Assembly (NCBI GenBank): GCA_002718345.1
Contig: PBDA01000031.1
Span: 17,260 to 81,259, forward strand
Source of the DNA: Rhodospirillaceae bacterium
GTDB lineage: Bacteria > Pseudomonadota > Gammaproteobacteria > Steroidobacterales > Rariloculaceae
Direction of reading: 5' to 3'
DNA length: 64,000 bases
Part shown: positions 28,146 through 37,703 of the stretch, piece after piece
How the letters are laid out: every line of letters begins with the position of its first letter
Numbering within the stretch: the stretch's first letter is position 1
Notes under the pieces: generated by a model
Database searches by the model: none
Seen by the model: the letters and a program-made list of their open reading frames with translations, nothing else
What the model was told of the DNA's origin: nothing
Translations under genes and position numbers: made by a program

Positions 28146-29651
28146 ATGAGCAAAATTACCTCCAGCGGTGATTCCGCACCAGACACCTCTATTAGTCAAC
28201 CAATCGTTTTTCTAAACAATGTAGACGTAAAACTATTAGGGAATAAAGTCCTTCATGGAATAACTTGGAGCCTATTCGCTGGTGATCATTGGGCTATAGT
28301 TGGCGCAAATGGCAGTGGAAAGACTAGTTTCCTAAGATTAGTAGCCGGTAACCTTTGGCCAGCTTCTGAAAATGGTGTCCGTCGTTATGACTTTGGAGGT
28401 GATTTACATACAGACGCTGTAGAAGCACTGAGCCGAATCACCATAGTGGGACATGAGCTTCAGGACCGATATGTACAGTTGGGATGGGATTTTGACGCAA
28501 CCGAAGTGATCTTATCTGGTATCTATAAAACAGATGTTCCTCGACAAGAGCCAGACCCACAAGAGAGAAAAAGAGCGTCTGAAATCCTTGCTGAACTGGA
28601 TTTATCGCATTTAGCACATAGATCTTTTCTAGAATTATCTCGGGGGGAGCAACGCCGGGTACTTTTGGGGCGCGCTTTAGGGTTTAATCCTTCAATTCTA
28701 ATTCTGGATGAACCACTTGCGGGGTTGGATATCACTGCAAGAAAAAATCTCAACAAAACAATAGATCAAGTTAGCAAAAAAATTTCAATACTATGCTCAT
28801 ATCATGAGGTAAGTGAGTTTCCACTCTCATTAAATAAGATACTTAAACTTAAAAAGGGCCATATTGAATATCTTGAGGAGTTATCCAAAACTGCACCAGT
28901 AAATGCAGAAGCCCCAGCTCCATCAATAAAAATAGAAATTGATCGAGCTAATCTAAATCAATCAATAACTATAAAACCAATTATTGATATAGAAAATGCA
29001 AATATATGGCTAGATGAAAGACAAACACTAACTAATATTTCATGGAGACTCCTAGAAGGGGAACATTGGCAAATAACAGGCTCAAATGGTGCAGGTAAAA
29101 CCACCTTTCTGAGAATGCTTCATGGACAACTTCGTCCTGCCATTGGAGGGACTATAAATTTCCCTGGCATAGATAATCCTGAGAATATTTGGATATTGCG
29201 TCAACAAATAGCATGGGTATCACCAGAATTGCAGGCCGGTTACTGGTATCCATCAACAGCAAAGCAATGCATCAATTCGGGATTCGATTCAAGTATTGGA
29301 CAAACTAGAAAACTATCTTCACAAGAAACTTCACGAGTTGATGAACTGATTAAGCAATTCGAATTAGGAGAAATCGCAGAGCGTAACGTTAGGTCGCTTT
29401 CTTATGGACAATTCAGAAGAGTTTTAATTGCTCGAGCACTAGTTTACAGGCCAAAAGTTTTATTACTTGATGAGCCTTGGGAAGGTCTTGATCCAGAAAA
29501 TTTAAAACTTATCACAAAGGGTCTTGATCAAAGCATTTCACATGGTACACAGCTTGTATGTGCAACTCACTTACACCGCAATATTTCTCATTTCAATAGA
29601 GCTTTAGAAATGAAAAATGGAAGGATAGTACGCTCTGGAAAACTTAATTGA
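28146..29651 (+). CDS. Tandem-ABC ATPase without a transmembrane domain (ModF-like)
   Basis: 501 aa with two ABC cassettes. The Walker A motifs are GANGSGKTS and GSNGAGKTT, the signatures are LSRGE and LSYGQ, and the Walker B motifs are LILDEP and LLLDEP. Confidence 0.8.
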   Translation: MSKITSSGDSAPDTSISQPIVFLNNVDVKLLGNKVLHGITWSLFAGDHWAIVGANGSGKTSFLRLVAGNLWPASENGVRRYDFGGDLHTDAVEALSRITIVGHELQDRYVQLGWDFDATEVILSGIYKTDVPRQEPDPQERKRASEILAELDLSHLAHRSFLELSRGEQRRVLLGRALGFNPSILILDEPLAGLDITARKNLNKTIDQVSKKISILCSYHEVSEFPLSLNKILKLKKGHIEYLEELSKTAPVNAEAPAPSIKIEIDRANLNQSITIKPIIDIENANIWLDERQTLTNISWRLLEGEHWQITGSNGAGKTTFLRMLHGQLRPAIGGTINFPGIDNPENIWILRQQIAWVSPELQAGYWYPSTAKQCINSGFDSSIGQTRKLSSQETSRVDELIKQFELGEIAERNVRSLSYGQFRRVLIARALVYRPKVLLLDEPWEGLDPENLKLITKGLDQSISHGTQLVCATHLHRNISHFNRALEMKNGRIVRSGKLN

Positions 29652-29666
29652 GATTGAAAAAACTTC

Positions 29667-30056
29667 TTAATGATGGACATGCACATGGACACGTCGTACT
29701 TCTTGGAAGTTTAGCCAGTGTGCGCCGACAAGCATAAAACCACTAAGTGAAGTTACTACAGCCTCTACCCACTCTTCCCATTGCCCGTGGCCAACCAAAG
29801 TTGCGTAACTAATAAGTCCTACAGCACCTAAACCTGATAACACTATTAAAGCTCGCTTGTGTTCTCTATAACCGAAAAAAAATCCAATTGCACTTGTGGG
29901 AACCAACAACCAAAGCATCAACCCATGGAAGTGGCCTCCGAAAGCAACTACCGCCAGGGGCAGTAGAGAGACAAACAAAGTAACGCCCAAACAGTGGACA
30001 ATACAAATAGCAGATAATGCAATTGCTATTCGATCAAATTTCCTAGACAAATTCAT
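29667..30056 (-). CDS. Small membrane protein, MerC-domain-like, with a His-rich C-terminal tail
   Basis: 129 aa with 4 predicted TM helices. The N-terminal motif is CIVHCLG and the C-terminus is RRVHVHVHH. Confidence 0.55.
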   Translation of the reverse strand: MNLSRKFDRIAIALSAICIVHCLGVTLFVSLLPLAVVAFGGHFHGLMLWLLVPTSAIGFFFGYREHKRALIVLSGLGAVGLISYATLVGHGQWEEWVEAVVTSLSGFMLVGAHWLNFQEVRRVHVHVHH

Positions 30057-30266
30057 GAGTCAGTATGAGAGCTCTCGAATGATGAGAGGAGCAAGCATAG
30101 CACGTAAAAGGAATTAACTTTTATCTAACCTTTTTCTCTTAGATAAAGGACACATGAAAATTAGATTAGAGACAAATAATTAAAGTTTATACTGGGCAGT
30201 TAGCACCGCTTCTGACACAACTTTCGCCAGAAGCGATGCGTACAAGAACACCATGAACAGTAAATT

Positions 30267-31595
30267 TTAGCTGCCCATATTCAAGTTATAGCCCTGCTCA
30301 TCATGAAGCGTTAAGTCTAGCCCTTGCTGTTCATCCTGCTCACTTACTCTCAAGCCAATTACATTATCGAGAACCTTAAGAATAATGAAAGTTACAACGC
30401 CACAATAAATGATTGTTGCCACAACACCAATAACCTGAAGCCAAACCTGAGAAGCCATGCTTACACCATCCCCAAGACCAGCTCCACCAAGACCTGCATC
30501 TACAAAAACACCCGTTAGAATTGCGCCTATAATTCCACCTACACCATGCACACCAAATGCATCTAAAGAATCGTCATAGCCAAAATTTCTCTTGGCCTTT
30601 ACTACGCAAAGGTAGCAGCCGAAACCTGATGCAACCCCAATAGCAAGTGCCCCCATAGGCCCTACAAAACCTGATGCAGGTGTAATAGCAACCAGCCCTG
30701 CTACTGCGCCGGATACTAGTCCTAATGCACTTGGCTTGCCATGACTTTTCCACTCAGCAAACATCCAAGTAAGCGCCGCCGCAGCTGTTGCAATCTGGGT
30801 TACTGCCATAGCCATTCCTGCAACACCATCTGCTGCTAGCTCACTACCGGCATTAAACCCAAACCAACCAACCCATAGCATGGCAGCGCCTACCATTGTT
30901 AACACAAGGTTACTGGGTTTCATGGGCAGTTGTGGATAGCCAGTTCTGTTCCCTAGAACAATAGCTGCAACCAGCCCTGCAATACCTGCGTTTATATGCA
31001 CAACTGTGCCCCCAGCAAAATCAAGTACGCCCATCTCTCCAAGCCAACCACCACCCCATACCCAGTGGCAGACTGGCGCATAAACTATGCTAACCCAGAT
31101 AGCCATAAACAGAAGCATAGCCGAAAATTTCATCCGCTCAGCAAATGCGCCAACAATGAGAGCTGGTGTTATGATCGCAAATGTCAACTGAAACATTGAA
31201 AAGACTGATTCTGGAATAGTTCCGCTGACTGAATCAACGGTAACACCAGCCATAAATGCCTTACTTAAGCCCCCAACAAATGAAGCACCGTCAGCAAACG
31301 CCAAACTGTATACATATAAAGCCCAAAGAACCGTCATAAGGCAACAGATCGTAAAACACTGCATCATCACAGATAGAGCATTCTTAGCTCTTACCATACC
31401 AGCATAAAACAAAGAGAGCCCAGGAATTGTCATAAACAATACCAATGCTGTCGATGTTAGCATCCACGCTGTATCCCCAGAATTCAGTGCGTCCTGTGCA
31501 CTAACTAATCCTGGCATGAGAACTGCCAACCCCAGTAAAACTGAAGCACGACCTTTTGTATAAAAATTACTCAACATTTTTAATTCCTTATTCAT
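30267..31595 (-). CDS. amtB: Ammonium transporter
   Basis: 442 aa with a signal peptide. Amt family signatures are DFAGGTVVHINAGIAGL and DDSLDAFGVHGVGG. Confidence 0.95.
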   Translation of the reverse strand: MNKELKMLSNFYTKGRASVLLGLAVLMPGLVSAQDALNSGDTAWMLTSTALVLFMTIPGLSLFYAGMVRAKNALSVMMQCFTICCLMTVLWALYVYSLAFADGASFVGGLSKAFMAGVTVDSVSGTIPESVFSMFQLTFAIITPALIVGAFAERMKFSAMLLFMAIWVSIVYAPVCHWVWGGGWLGEMGVLDFAGGTVVHINAGIAGLVAAIVLGNRTGYPQLPMKPSNLVLTMVGAAMLWVGWFGFNAGSELAADGVAGMAMAVTQIATAAAALTWMFAEWKSHGKPSALGLVSGAVAGLVAITPASGFVGPMGALAIGVASGFGCYLCVVKAKRNFGYDDSLDAFGVHGVGGIIGAILTGVFVDAGLGGAGLGDGVSMASQVWLQVIGVVATIIYCGVVTFIILKVLDNVIGLRVSEQDEQQGLDLTLHDEQGYNLNMGS

Positions 31596-31605
31596 TGACT
31601 TGTTA

Positions 31606-31953
<348 letters not shown>

Positions 31954-31967
31954 TCACTAAATCTAAT

Positions 31968-32621
31968 TTATTGACCAAGATCAAAAGATCTGCTGATACC
32001 AAATACCAAAGCGTTGGTAGCTCCTCCACCACTTACCGTTTTTGTCTCATAAACTTGTAAGTCATCACTCACTATGACTAGCGTCACAGATAGATCGAGC
32101 CCATTAAAATCATAGCCATAACCAATCTCTACAACTTCACCCTTCGAGTCACCGCCAAAAGTACCGAAACTGGCTCCAAGCCCGTTACCAAAGTCATATC
32201 CTATCGACGTAAATGTATAGTCTTCAGCCTTAGGTGATGTATCGTATTTACCAATCGCAACATCAAAAGAAAAATTACCCGCACCTAATGCAAGATTAAG
32301 TTCGTGGTAGGTGTCATCCCACCCATCTGTGTAGTAGTAACCGGTGTAGCCAGCACCCCAACTGATCCCATCGGTCAAATCACCGCCCATACCAAAATAA
32401 AGATCTGTCTCGAGACCCTCGCCTACATCGGCTGCCCAGGTCCCCACATAAAAACCACTTTCGTCCTCATAGTCGATACCAGCATAAGCCGATGAGTCTT
32501 CTTGAAATATGCCACGGAAAATGTAATCACTTACCATCCCAACATTAGCCGAAACCTGAGCATTTGAGATCGCGGGCATTAACATCAAGGAGAAAAAATA
32601 TATTTGCCATTTCTTTGTCAT
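31968..32621 (-). CDS. TorF-family putative outer-membrane porin
   Basis: 217 aa with a signal peptide ending AISNAQ. It has the family motif SDYIFRGI...GFYVGTWAA and a Gly/Tyr-rich beta-barrel composition. It sits upstream of glnK-amtB. Confidence 0.7.
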   Translation of the reverse strand: MTKKWQIYFFSLMLMPAISNAQVSANVGMVSDYIFRGIFQEDSSAYAGIDYEDESGFYVGTWAADVGEGLETDLYFGMGGDLTDGISWGAGYTGYYYTDGWDDTYHELNLALGAGNFSFDVAIGKYDTSPKAEDYTFTSIGYDFGNGLGASFGTFGGDSKGEVVEIGYGYDFNGLDLSVTLVIVSDDLQVYETKTVSGGGATNALVFGISRSFDLGQ

Positions 32622-32662
32622 TGCTAAATCCTCTTAAGTAAATTTATTATGCTTAATAAGTA

Positions 32663-32678
32663 TGCATATTCCGTGCCA
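32663..32678 (-). promoter_or_regulatory. Sigma-54 (-24/-12) promoter for the porin-glnK-amtB operon
   Basis: The minus strand reads TGGCAC-GGAAT-ATGCA, against the consensus TGGCAC-N5-TTGCA, so GG and GC are correctly spaced. It lies about 40 nt upstream of the porin ATG, which has an AAGAGGA Shine-Dalgarno sequence. Confidence 0.7.
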
Positions 32679-32741
32679 AAAAATTATATTCAATATTTTC
32701 AATAAGTTAGAATAATAATATCCTAAAACCTAATTAAATCC

Positions 32742-32780
32742 CGCACCAATATGAAGCATATGGCGCACCATTAAGGCGCA
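32742..32780. promoter_or_regulatory. Two tandem NtrC-like enhancer sites
   Basis: The sites are GCACCAATATGAAGCA (32743-32758) and GCACCATTAAGGCGCA (32765-32780), against the consensus TGCACCA-N3-TGGTGCA. Their centres are about 22 bp apart and roughly 100 and 120 bp upstream of the predicted sigma-54 start site. Confidence 0.5.
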
Positions 32781-32859
32781 GAAAAATTCCGACAATCTAG
32801 CGCAAAGAGCTATCATCCAAAGAAACCAAACTGAAAAATAAAAGATAGGGGTTGATGAG

Positions 32860-34044
32860 ATGACATCTATTGGCACACCTGGTACCGAAACAGCTACACG
32901 AGTATTACTATGTGGCGGCGGAGAGCTTGGCAAAGAAGTTGTAATTGAGTTACAGCGACTTGGTGTCGAGGTTATAGTTTGCGATCGATATGAAAATTCA
33001 CCCGCAATGCAAGTTGCACACCGCAGCTATTCACTCAACATGCTTGATGGTCCTGAGCTTAGAGAAGTAATCACAACTGAAAAACCTAATCTAATTGTCC
33101 CTGAAATAGAGGCCATTGCGACAGATGAACTAGCTTCTCTTGAGAAAGAGGGTTTTACAGTCGTTCCAACAGCCCGTGCTGCAAAGCTGACTATGAATCG
33201 TGAAGGTATTCGTAGACTGGCTGCAGAGGAATTGGGCATACCTACTTCCCCCTACAAATTTGCAAGCACCAAGGAAGAATTTGATAACGCTGTAAAAAGT
33301 ATCGGAATTCCCTGTGTCGTAAAACCTATCATGAGCTCTTCTGGCAAAGGACAGAGCACTATAAAAACAGAAGAGGATATAGACGGTGCATGGAACTACG
33401 CACAAGAAGGAGGCCGTGCAGGCGCAGGGAAAGTGATCGTAGAAGGTTTCGTAGAATTTGATTACGAGATAACACAACTGACAGTTCAACATATTGGTGG
33501 CGTTTCATTTCTTGAACCGATAGGCCACGTACAGATTGACGGAGACTACCGTCAGTCCTGGCAACCTCAAGCCATGAGCGAGTCTGCTAAAAAAAGTGGG
33601 CGAGAGGTAGCAAAAAAAATCACTACTGCGCTTGGAGGTTGGGGAATTTTTGGAGTAGAACTATTCATACGAAATGACAAAGTGATATTCAGCGAAGTAT
33701 CACCTCGCCCTCATGACACTGGTATGGTGACCATGATCTCGCAGGACCTTTCTCAATTTGCGATACATGCAAGAGCCATTCTGGGACTTCCAATTCCTAA
33801 TCTACATAATCATGGTCCATCAGCATCAAGCGTGATTTTGGCAGAAGGTGATTCAAACAAAGTCGTCTTTAAAAATGTTGATTCAGCTCTGACTGAACCA
33901 GACACACAAATTCGTCTCTTTGGAAAACCCCAGGTTCAAGGTCGTCGGCGAATGGGAGTTGCCTTAGCTCGAGCCGAGACAGTAGAGACTGCTATAGAGA
34001 AAGCCAAGAAAGCATCTCAAGTCGTTATTACAGACTTAGACTGA
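32860..34044 (+). CDS. purT: Formate-dependent phosphoribosylglycinamide formyltransferase (GAR transformylase 2)
   Basis: 394 aa with [14 protein letters not shown] and an ATP-grasp core ([25 protein letters not shown]). It is collinear with PurT along its length. Confidence 0.93.
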   Translation: MTSIGTPGTETATRVLLCGGGELGKEVVIELQRLGVEVIVCDRYENSPAMQVAHRSYSLNMLDGPELREVITTEKPNLIVPEIEAIATDELASLEKEGFTVVPTARAAKLTMNREGIRRLAAEELGIPTSPYKFASTKEEFDNAVKSIGIPCVVKPIMSSSGKGQSTIKTEEDIDGAWNYAQEGGRAGAGKVIVEGFVEFDYEITQLTVQHIGGVSFLEPIGHVQIDGDYRQSWQPQAMSESAKKSGREVAKKITTALGGWGIFGVELFIRNDKVIFSEVSPRPHDTGMVTMISQDLSQFAIHARAILGLPIPNLHNHGPSASSVILAEGDSNKVVFKNVDSALTEPDTQIRLFGKPQVQGRRRMGVALARAETVETAIEKAKKASQVVITDLD

Positions 34045-34084
34045 TAATAACTAGTAAACGCCGTCGTTAATTTAAAAAATTCGG

Positions 34085-35764
34085 CTAGAAACGCGAAGCA
34101 GTTAACTGAACATCTGCATCTTGCCAAGCTAGTTCGAAGTTAGCATAAATAAGAGCTGCTTCTTCAGTCTTTCCTAAATTTTCTAGGCTCCGCCAAAGAC
34201 CAAAAAGCGCCCAACCATTATTTGGATTATTAGTTAAATCCTTACGATAAATTCTTTCAGCATCTCGTGGTCTTCCAGCCTCAAGCAGAGCAGCACCAAG
34301 ATAATGCCTCATTGATTGAGGCCAATCCGGCGGCTCCGTGTACCCAAGGCTGTCCTCGATCGCCACGCTAGCTCCAAAGGAGGCAATGGCTTCTTGCAAT
34401 TTACCTTCGGCCTGCTTTATTTCGCCATCAAGACCCAAAGCAGCTATGTCCATAAGGACAGATACAGGAGTCGCGTTGCGCATAAGAGTAGCTGAAACTG
34501 GATCAGCAACTACACTTCTTAACTGTTCAAGATGTTCTCGTGCAATATCGAACTCCCCAAGTGCGGTTCGAGCGCTACCCTGTGTGTAGTGCCACATACC
34601 ATCCAGATACTGCTGCCCCTCACCGACTCTTTCCTCTGCAATAAGCTCATCCCAACCACCAAAAACTTTATGGACTATCCAACGAGAGGCTATGGTTTTA
34701 TCTGCTTGACCACGTTGCCTTCGCAACTCTGTTTCATGAGTGCGTGCATTTGTTGCCGCTTGAATAGCTAAATCATAACTACCCTGAATAGTGGCAGAGT
34801 AGCGAACGAAATCATAAGAATGTCTACGGTGGTTCTGTGCTGACAGTTGATAGGTTCCTGTACTAGGAAACGGGATGTCTCCCCACGTCTCTAAAAATTC
34901 ACCATCTACTTCAGCAGATCGTAGATTGTGTTCTACGTTCTTATCGTGTTGGCCCACCTGTAAATAAATATGTCCCGGCATGTGCACAACATGTCCTACC
35001 CCTGGCATAAGCGGAGCTAGACGATCAGCAGCTGCCAAAGCTTGCTCTGGCATAATCGAAGATTCATAAAGATGTATGTAAAGATGGTTCGCTCCCGGAT
35101 GATCAGGACGAATTTCCATTACTCGTTCTAATGCTGTAGCAGCTTCTTCAGTACCTGGAAGAGGGCTACCATCACTGTCCCAGTAGTCTCTCCGCAACCT
35201 AGTTATCATATATGCATCACCCAAAAGAGTACCTGCGTCTGGATCTTCTGGGTAAGTTTCAAACAAATTCCGAGCAGCTCTCAGATAAGCCTGATCTCGG
35301 TCATCACGATCAGGGTAGAGATCATAATCAAAACGTACACTGAGAGCCTGAACAAATGCCTGTTCTCTTTCATTGCCGTTATTTACTAATTCCATTGCCC
35401 TATCAATAGCTTTTTTTGCTTCACCATGTGGATCATCCGGCAAATCAAAAGCTCGACTGTTTGGAACAGGGCCTAAAGATAATGCTAACCCCCAATAAAT
35501 CATTGGGTGCTGAGGATCATGTCGTAATGCTTCTTGATAAGAAGCTACTGATTCGGGGAAATGATAACCCCAAGTGAGTCTTAACCCTTGATCAAAAAAT
35601 TCTTGGGCAACTGCTGATTCTGTGGAAATGGGACGTGTGTACGTACCTGTCCCCTCAACAAGTACCGCCAATACATCTTCACCATCTGTTACCTCTGAAG
35701 AGCAAGCCTTCAGGAACCATGAAACTAAAACAAAAGAAAAAATCTTGAAATTAGACTTGACCAC
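34085..35764 (-). CDS. Secreted or lipid-anchored TPR-repeat protein of unknown function
   Basis: 559 aa with an N-terminal signal sequence ending ...FLKACSS. It has multiple TPR-like helical repeats (SYQEALRHDP, RIYRKDLTNNP and others). Confidence 0.7.
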   Translation of the reverse strand: MVKSNFKIFSFVLVSWFLKACSSEVTDGEDVLAVLVEGTGTYTRPISTESAVAQEFFDQGLRLTWGYHFPESVASYQEALRHDPQHPMIYWGLALSLGPVPNSRAFDLPDDPHGEAKKAIDRAMELVNNGNEREQAFVQALSVRFDYDLYPDRDDRDQAYLRAARNLFETYPEDPDAGTLLGDAYMITRLRRDYWDSDGSPLPGTEEAATALERVMEIRPDHPGANHLYIHLYESSIMPEQALAAADRLAPLMPGVGHVVHMPGHIYLQVGQHDKNVEHNLRSAEVDGEFLETWGDIPFPSTGTYQLSAQNHRRHSYDFVRYSATIQGSYDLAIQAATNARTHETELRRQRGQADKTIASRWIVHKVFGGWDELIAEERVGEGQQYLDGMWHYTQGSARTALGEFDIAREHLEQLRSVVADPVSATLMRNATPVSVLMDIAALGLDGEIKQAEGKLQEAIASFGASVAIEDSLGYTEPPDWPQSMRHYLGAALLEAGRPRDAERIYRKDLTNNPNNGWALFGLWRSLENLGKTEEAALIYANFELAWQDADVQLTASRF

Positions 35765-35902
35765 GTTTTTATTCCTATTGATTGGTTAATTATTATTCGT
35801 AATATCTATATTATTCCAAGTAATATAGAAAAAACCAATCGATTTTTTCATAATAAATCATACACTTAAGTCATGCTTCATTTCCCTATCTATATGATTT
35901 AA

Positions 35903-36223
35903 CTAGAATTCTTCCGGTGCAATAGTAAATGTTAGGCCATCAAGATCTTCGGTCAGGAGAATCTGACAACTAAGGCGTGATTGTTTCTCAACATAGCAAG
36001 CTGAATCGCTAAGAAGCTGAGTTTCCTCTTCTTGCCTCTGTGCTAATTGATCAGTCCAATTGTGATCAACGATAACGTGGCATGTAGCACATGCACAAAG
36101 ACCTCCACAAATAGCATCGACACTGTCATCAAGTTCTCGGATATTCTCCATTAATGAAATACCAGATTGTCCATCATGCTCTAATAACTGGCCTGATCTA
36201 TTCTTAATTACAAGTCTTACCAT
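35903..36223 (-). CDS. 2Fe-2S ferredoxin (adrenodoxin/putidaredoxin type)
   Basis: 106 aa with the Cys pattern CGGLCACATCHV plus the distal SCQI. Confidence 0.85.
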   Translation of the reverse strand: MVRLVIKNRSGQLLEHDGQSGISLMENIRELDDSVDAICGGLCACATCHVIVDHNWTDQLAQRQEEETQLLSDSACYVEKQSRLSCQILLTEDLDGLTFTIAPEEF

Positions 36224-36249
36224 TCTTGAAACCTATGCCTATGTTATAA

Positions 36250-37008
36250 GTGGCGCACTATATCAAACCAGAATATATAACTTTAATCCTCAATTTAATG
36301 AATAAAAAATATTCAACAGACGTACACCTAGTGTTGTTTTTCAAGTCTCCAGATAACGCTAAAAGTCGACTGGCATTGGAAATAGGAAAATGTGCTTCTG
36401 AGGTGGCAAAGCTTTTGTGGGAATGCACACTCGAGGACCTCAATGATTGGCATGGCCAAATTTGGTTCTCTCCAGCAAACCTAGGCGATAGACTGTGGCT
36501 TGATTCCCAAGTTAGGCAACCTATGAAAGTCGTATCACAAGGAAACGGTAATCTAGGAGAGAGGATCAATCACGTAGATAAAATTCTTCGCTCTCAGAAC
36601 GTAAAAAAAATCATATATATTGGAATGGATTGCCCTGGACTAAACCCAAACTACCTAAGAAAAGCCGCTGATGAACTTCAACAAAGTGATGTGGTATTAG
36701 GTCCGTCACTTGATGGCGGCGTAGTGCTAATGGGTGCTCAGCATGCGTGGCCAGACTTATGCAATCTCCCATGGAGCACGAGTCGTCTATGTGATGAATT
36801 AAAAAATACTTGCAAAAAATCTAAACGAACATTTAAGCAACTACATACGCTTTATGATATCGATAGCAAACGCGACTTACTCTATGCTCAAAAAGACCTA
36901 GCATCTATAAGTAGAATTACCAGACAAAACCTCTTTAACTGGATAAAGGATAACTTGAAAGACTTTCAAGACAGCACTTCAAATAACACAGAAGGATTTA
37001 CCAATTGA
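36250..37008 (+). CDS. DUF2064-type nucleotidyl/glycosyl-transferase-like protein (rSAM/selenodomain-associated transferase 1 type)
   Basis: 252 aa with LFFKSPDNAKSRLA, QGNGNLGERI, IGMDCPGL and VLGPSLDGGVVLMG. The track start is GTG; the internal Met at 36298 (MNKKYS) is an alternative start. Confidence 0.8.
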   Translation: MAHYIKPEYITLILNLMNKKYSTDVHLVLFFKSPDNAKSRLALEIGKCASEVAKLLWECTLEDLNDWHGQIWFSPANLGDRLWLDSQVRQPMKVVSQGNGNLGERINHVDKILRSQNVKKIIYIGMDCPGLNPNYLRKAADELQQSDVVLGPSLDGGVVLMGAQHAWPDLCNLPWSTSRLCDELKNTCKKSKRTFKQLHTLYDIDSKRDLLYAQKDLASISRITRQNLFNWIKDNLKDFQDSTSNNTEGFTN

Positions 37009-37703
37009 AATTTATCCTTTTAGTCGTTTTAGCCCTTACAGCGCTAACTGTAACAACAATTTTTCCAGTTTCTGACTGGATTTTGTTTGGAAGTAAATGG
37101 ATAGATGAAAATCAGGTACTAGCGGGGCTCACATATATAACAGCTTACACAATAGCAACTATCCTTGTTATCCCCGGCACTATCTTGACGGTCACTGCTG
37201 GTTTTCTATTTGGCATCCCTTTGGGTATTGCAATAGTTTCGGCAGGAAGCTTATCAGGCGCATGTTGTTCATTTCTAATCAGCCGATTCTTTGCGCGGGA
37301 TTGGGTTAGCAATAAGTTTATTAAATTTCCATTATTCAATGCATTAGACACGGCATCCAAAGAAAAGGGATTTTTAATAATTCTCCTAGCGCGCTTATCA
37401 CCTTTGTTCCCTTACAACATTTTGAACTACGCTTTAGGCCTGACAGCTGTTACTTTTAAAAATTACATACTGGCATCCTGGATTGGAATGGCTCCTGGCA
37501 TCACTATATATGTCTCTATAGGAGCTGCTACAAAAAATATTTCAGGGCTTGCTAGCTCAGAAATACAATATGAAAACATTCAACAATTATTTTTCATTGC
37601 TGGATTGGTTGCAACACTTATACTACTTACAATTGTTATGCGCATGGCAAATAAAACGCTCCATAAAAAGCTAGATAGAACAATGGTAGATAGCCCGGAC
37701 TAG
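37005..37703 (+). CDS. TVP38/TMEM64 (DedA-superfamily) membrane protein
   Basis: 232 aa, polytopic. The family pattern is PGTILTVTAGFLFG ... LLARLSPLFPYNILNYALGLT. It overlaps the upstream gene by 4 nt. Confidence 0.8.
   Translation: MKFILLVVLALTALTVTTIFPVSDWILFGSKWIDENQVLAGLTYITAYTIATILVIPGTILTVTAGFLFGIPLGIAIVSAGSLSGACCSFLISRFFARDWVSNKFIKFPLFNALDTASKEKGFLIILLARLSPLFPYNILNYALGLTAVTFKNYILASWIGMAPGITIYVSIGAATKNISGLASSEIQYENIQQLFFIAGLVATLILLTIVMRMANKTLHKKLDRTMVDSPD

Noticed and set aside
30207-30235. 8-bp inverted repeat (CGCTTCTG...CAGAAGCG) downstream of amtB as an intrinsic terminator
   Set aside because: The loop is long (13 nt) and there is no T-run on the minus strand after the stem. It may still be a weak or Rho-assisted stop, but it is not supportable as a feature.
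32730-32933. 67-aa minus-strand ORF
   Set aside because: It spans the NtrC-like sites and the 5' end of purT on the opposite strand, has no RBS or motif, and is better explained as regulatory DNA plus a purT shadow.
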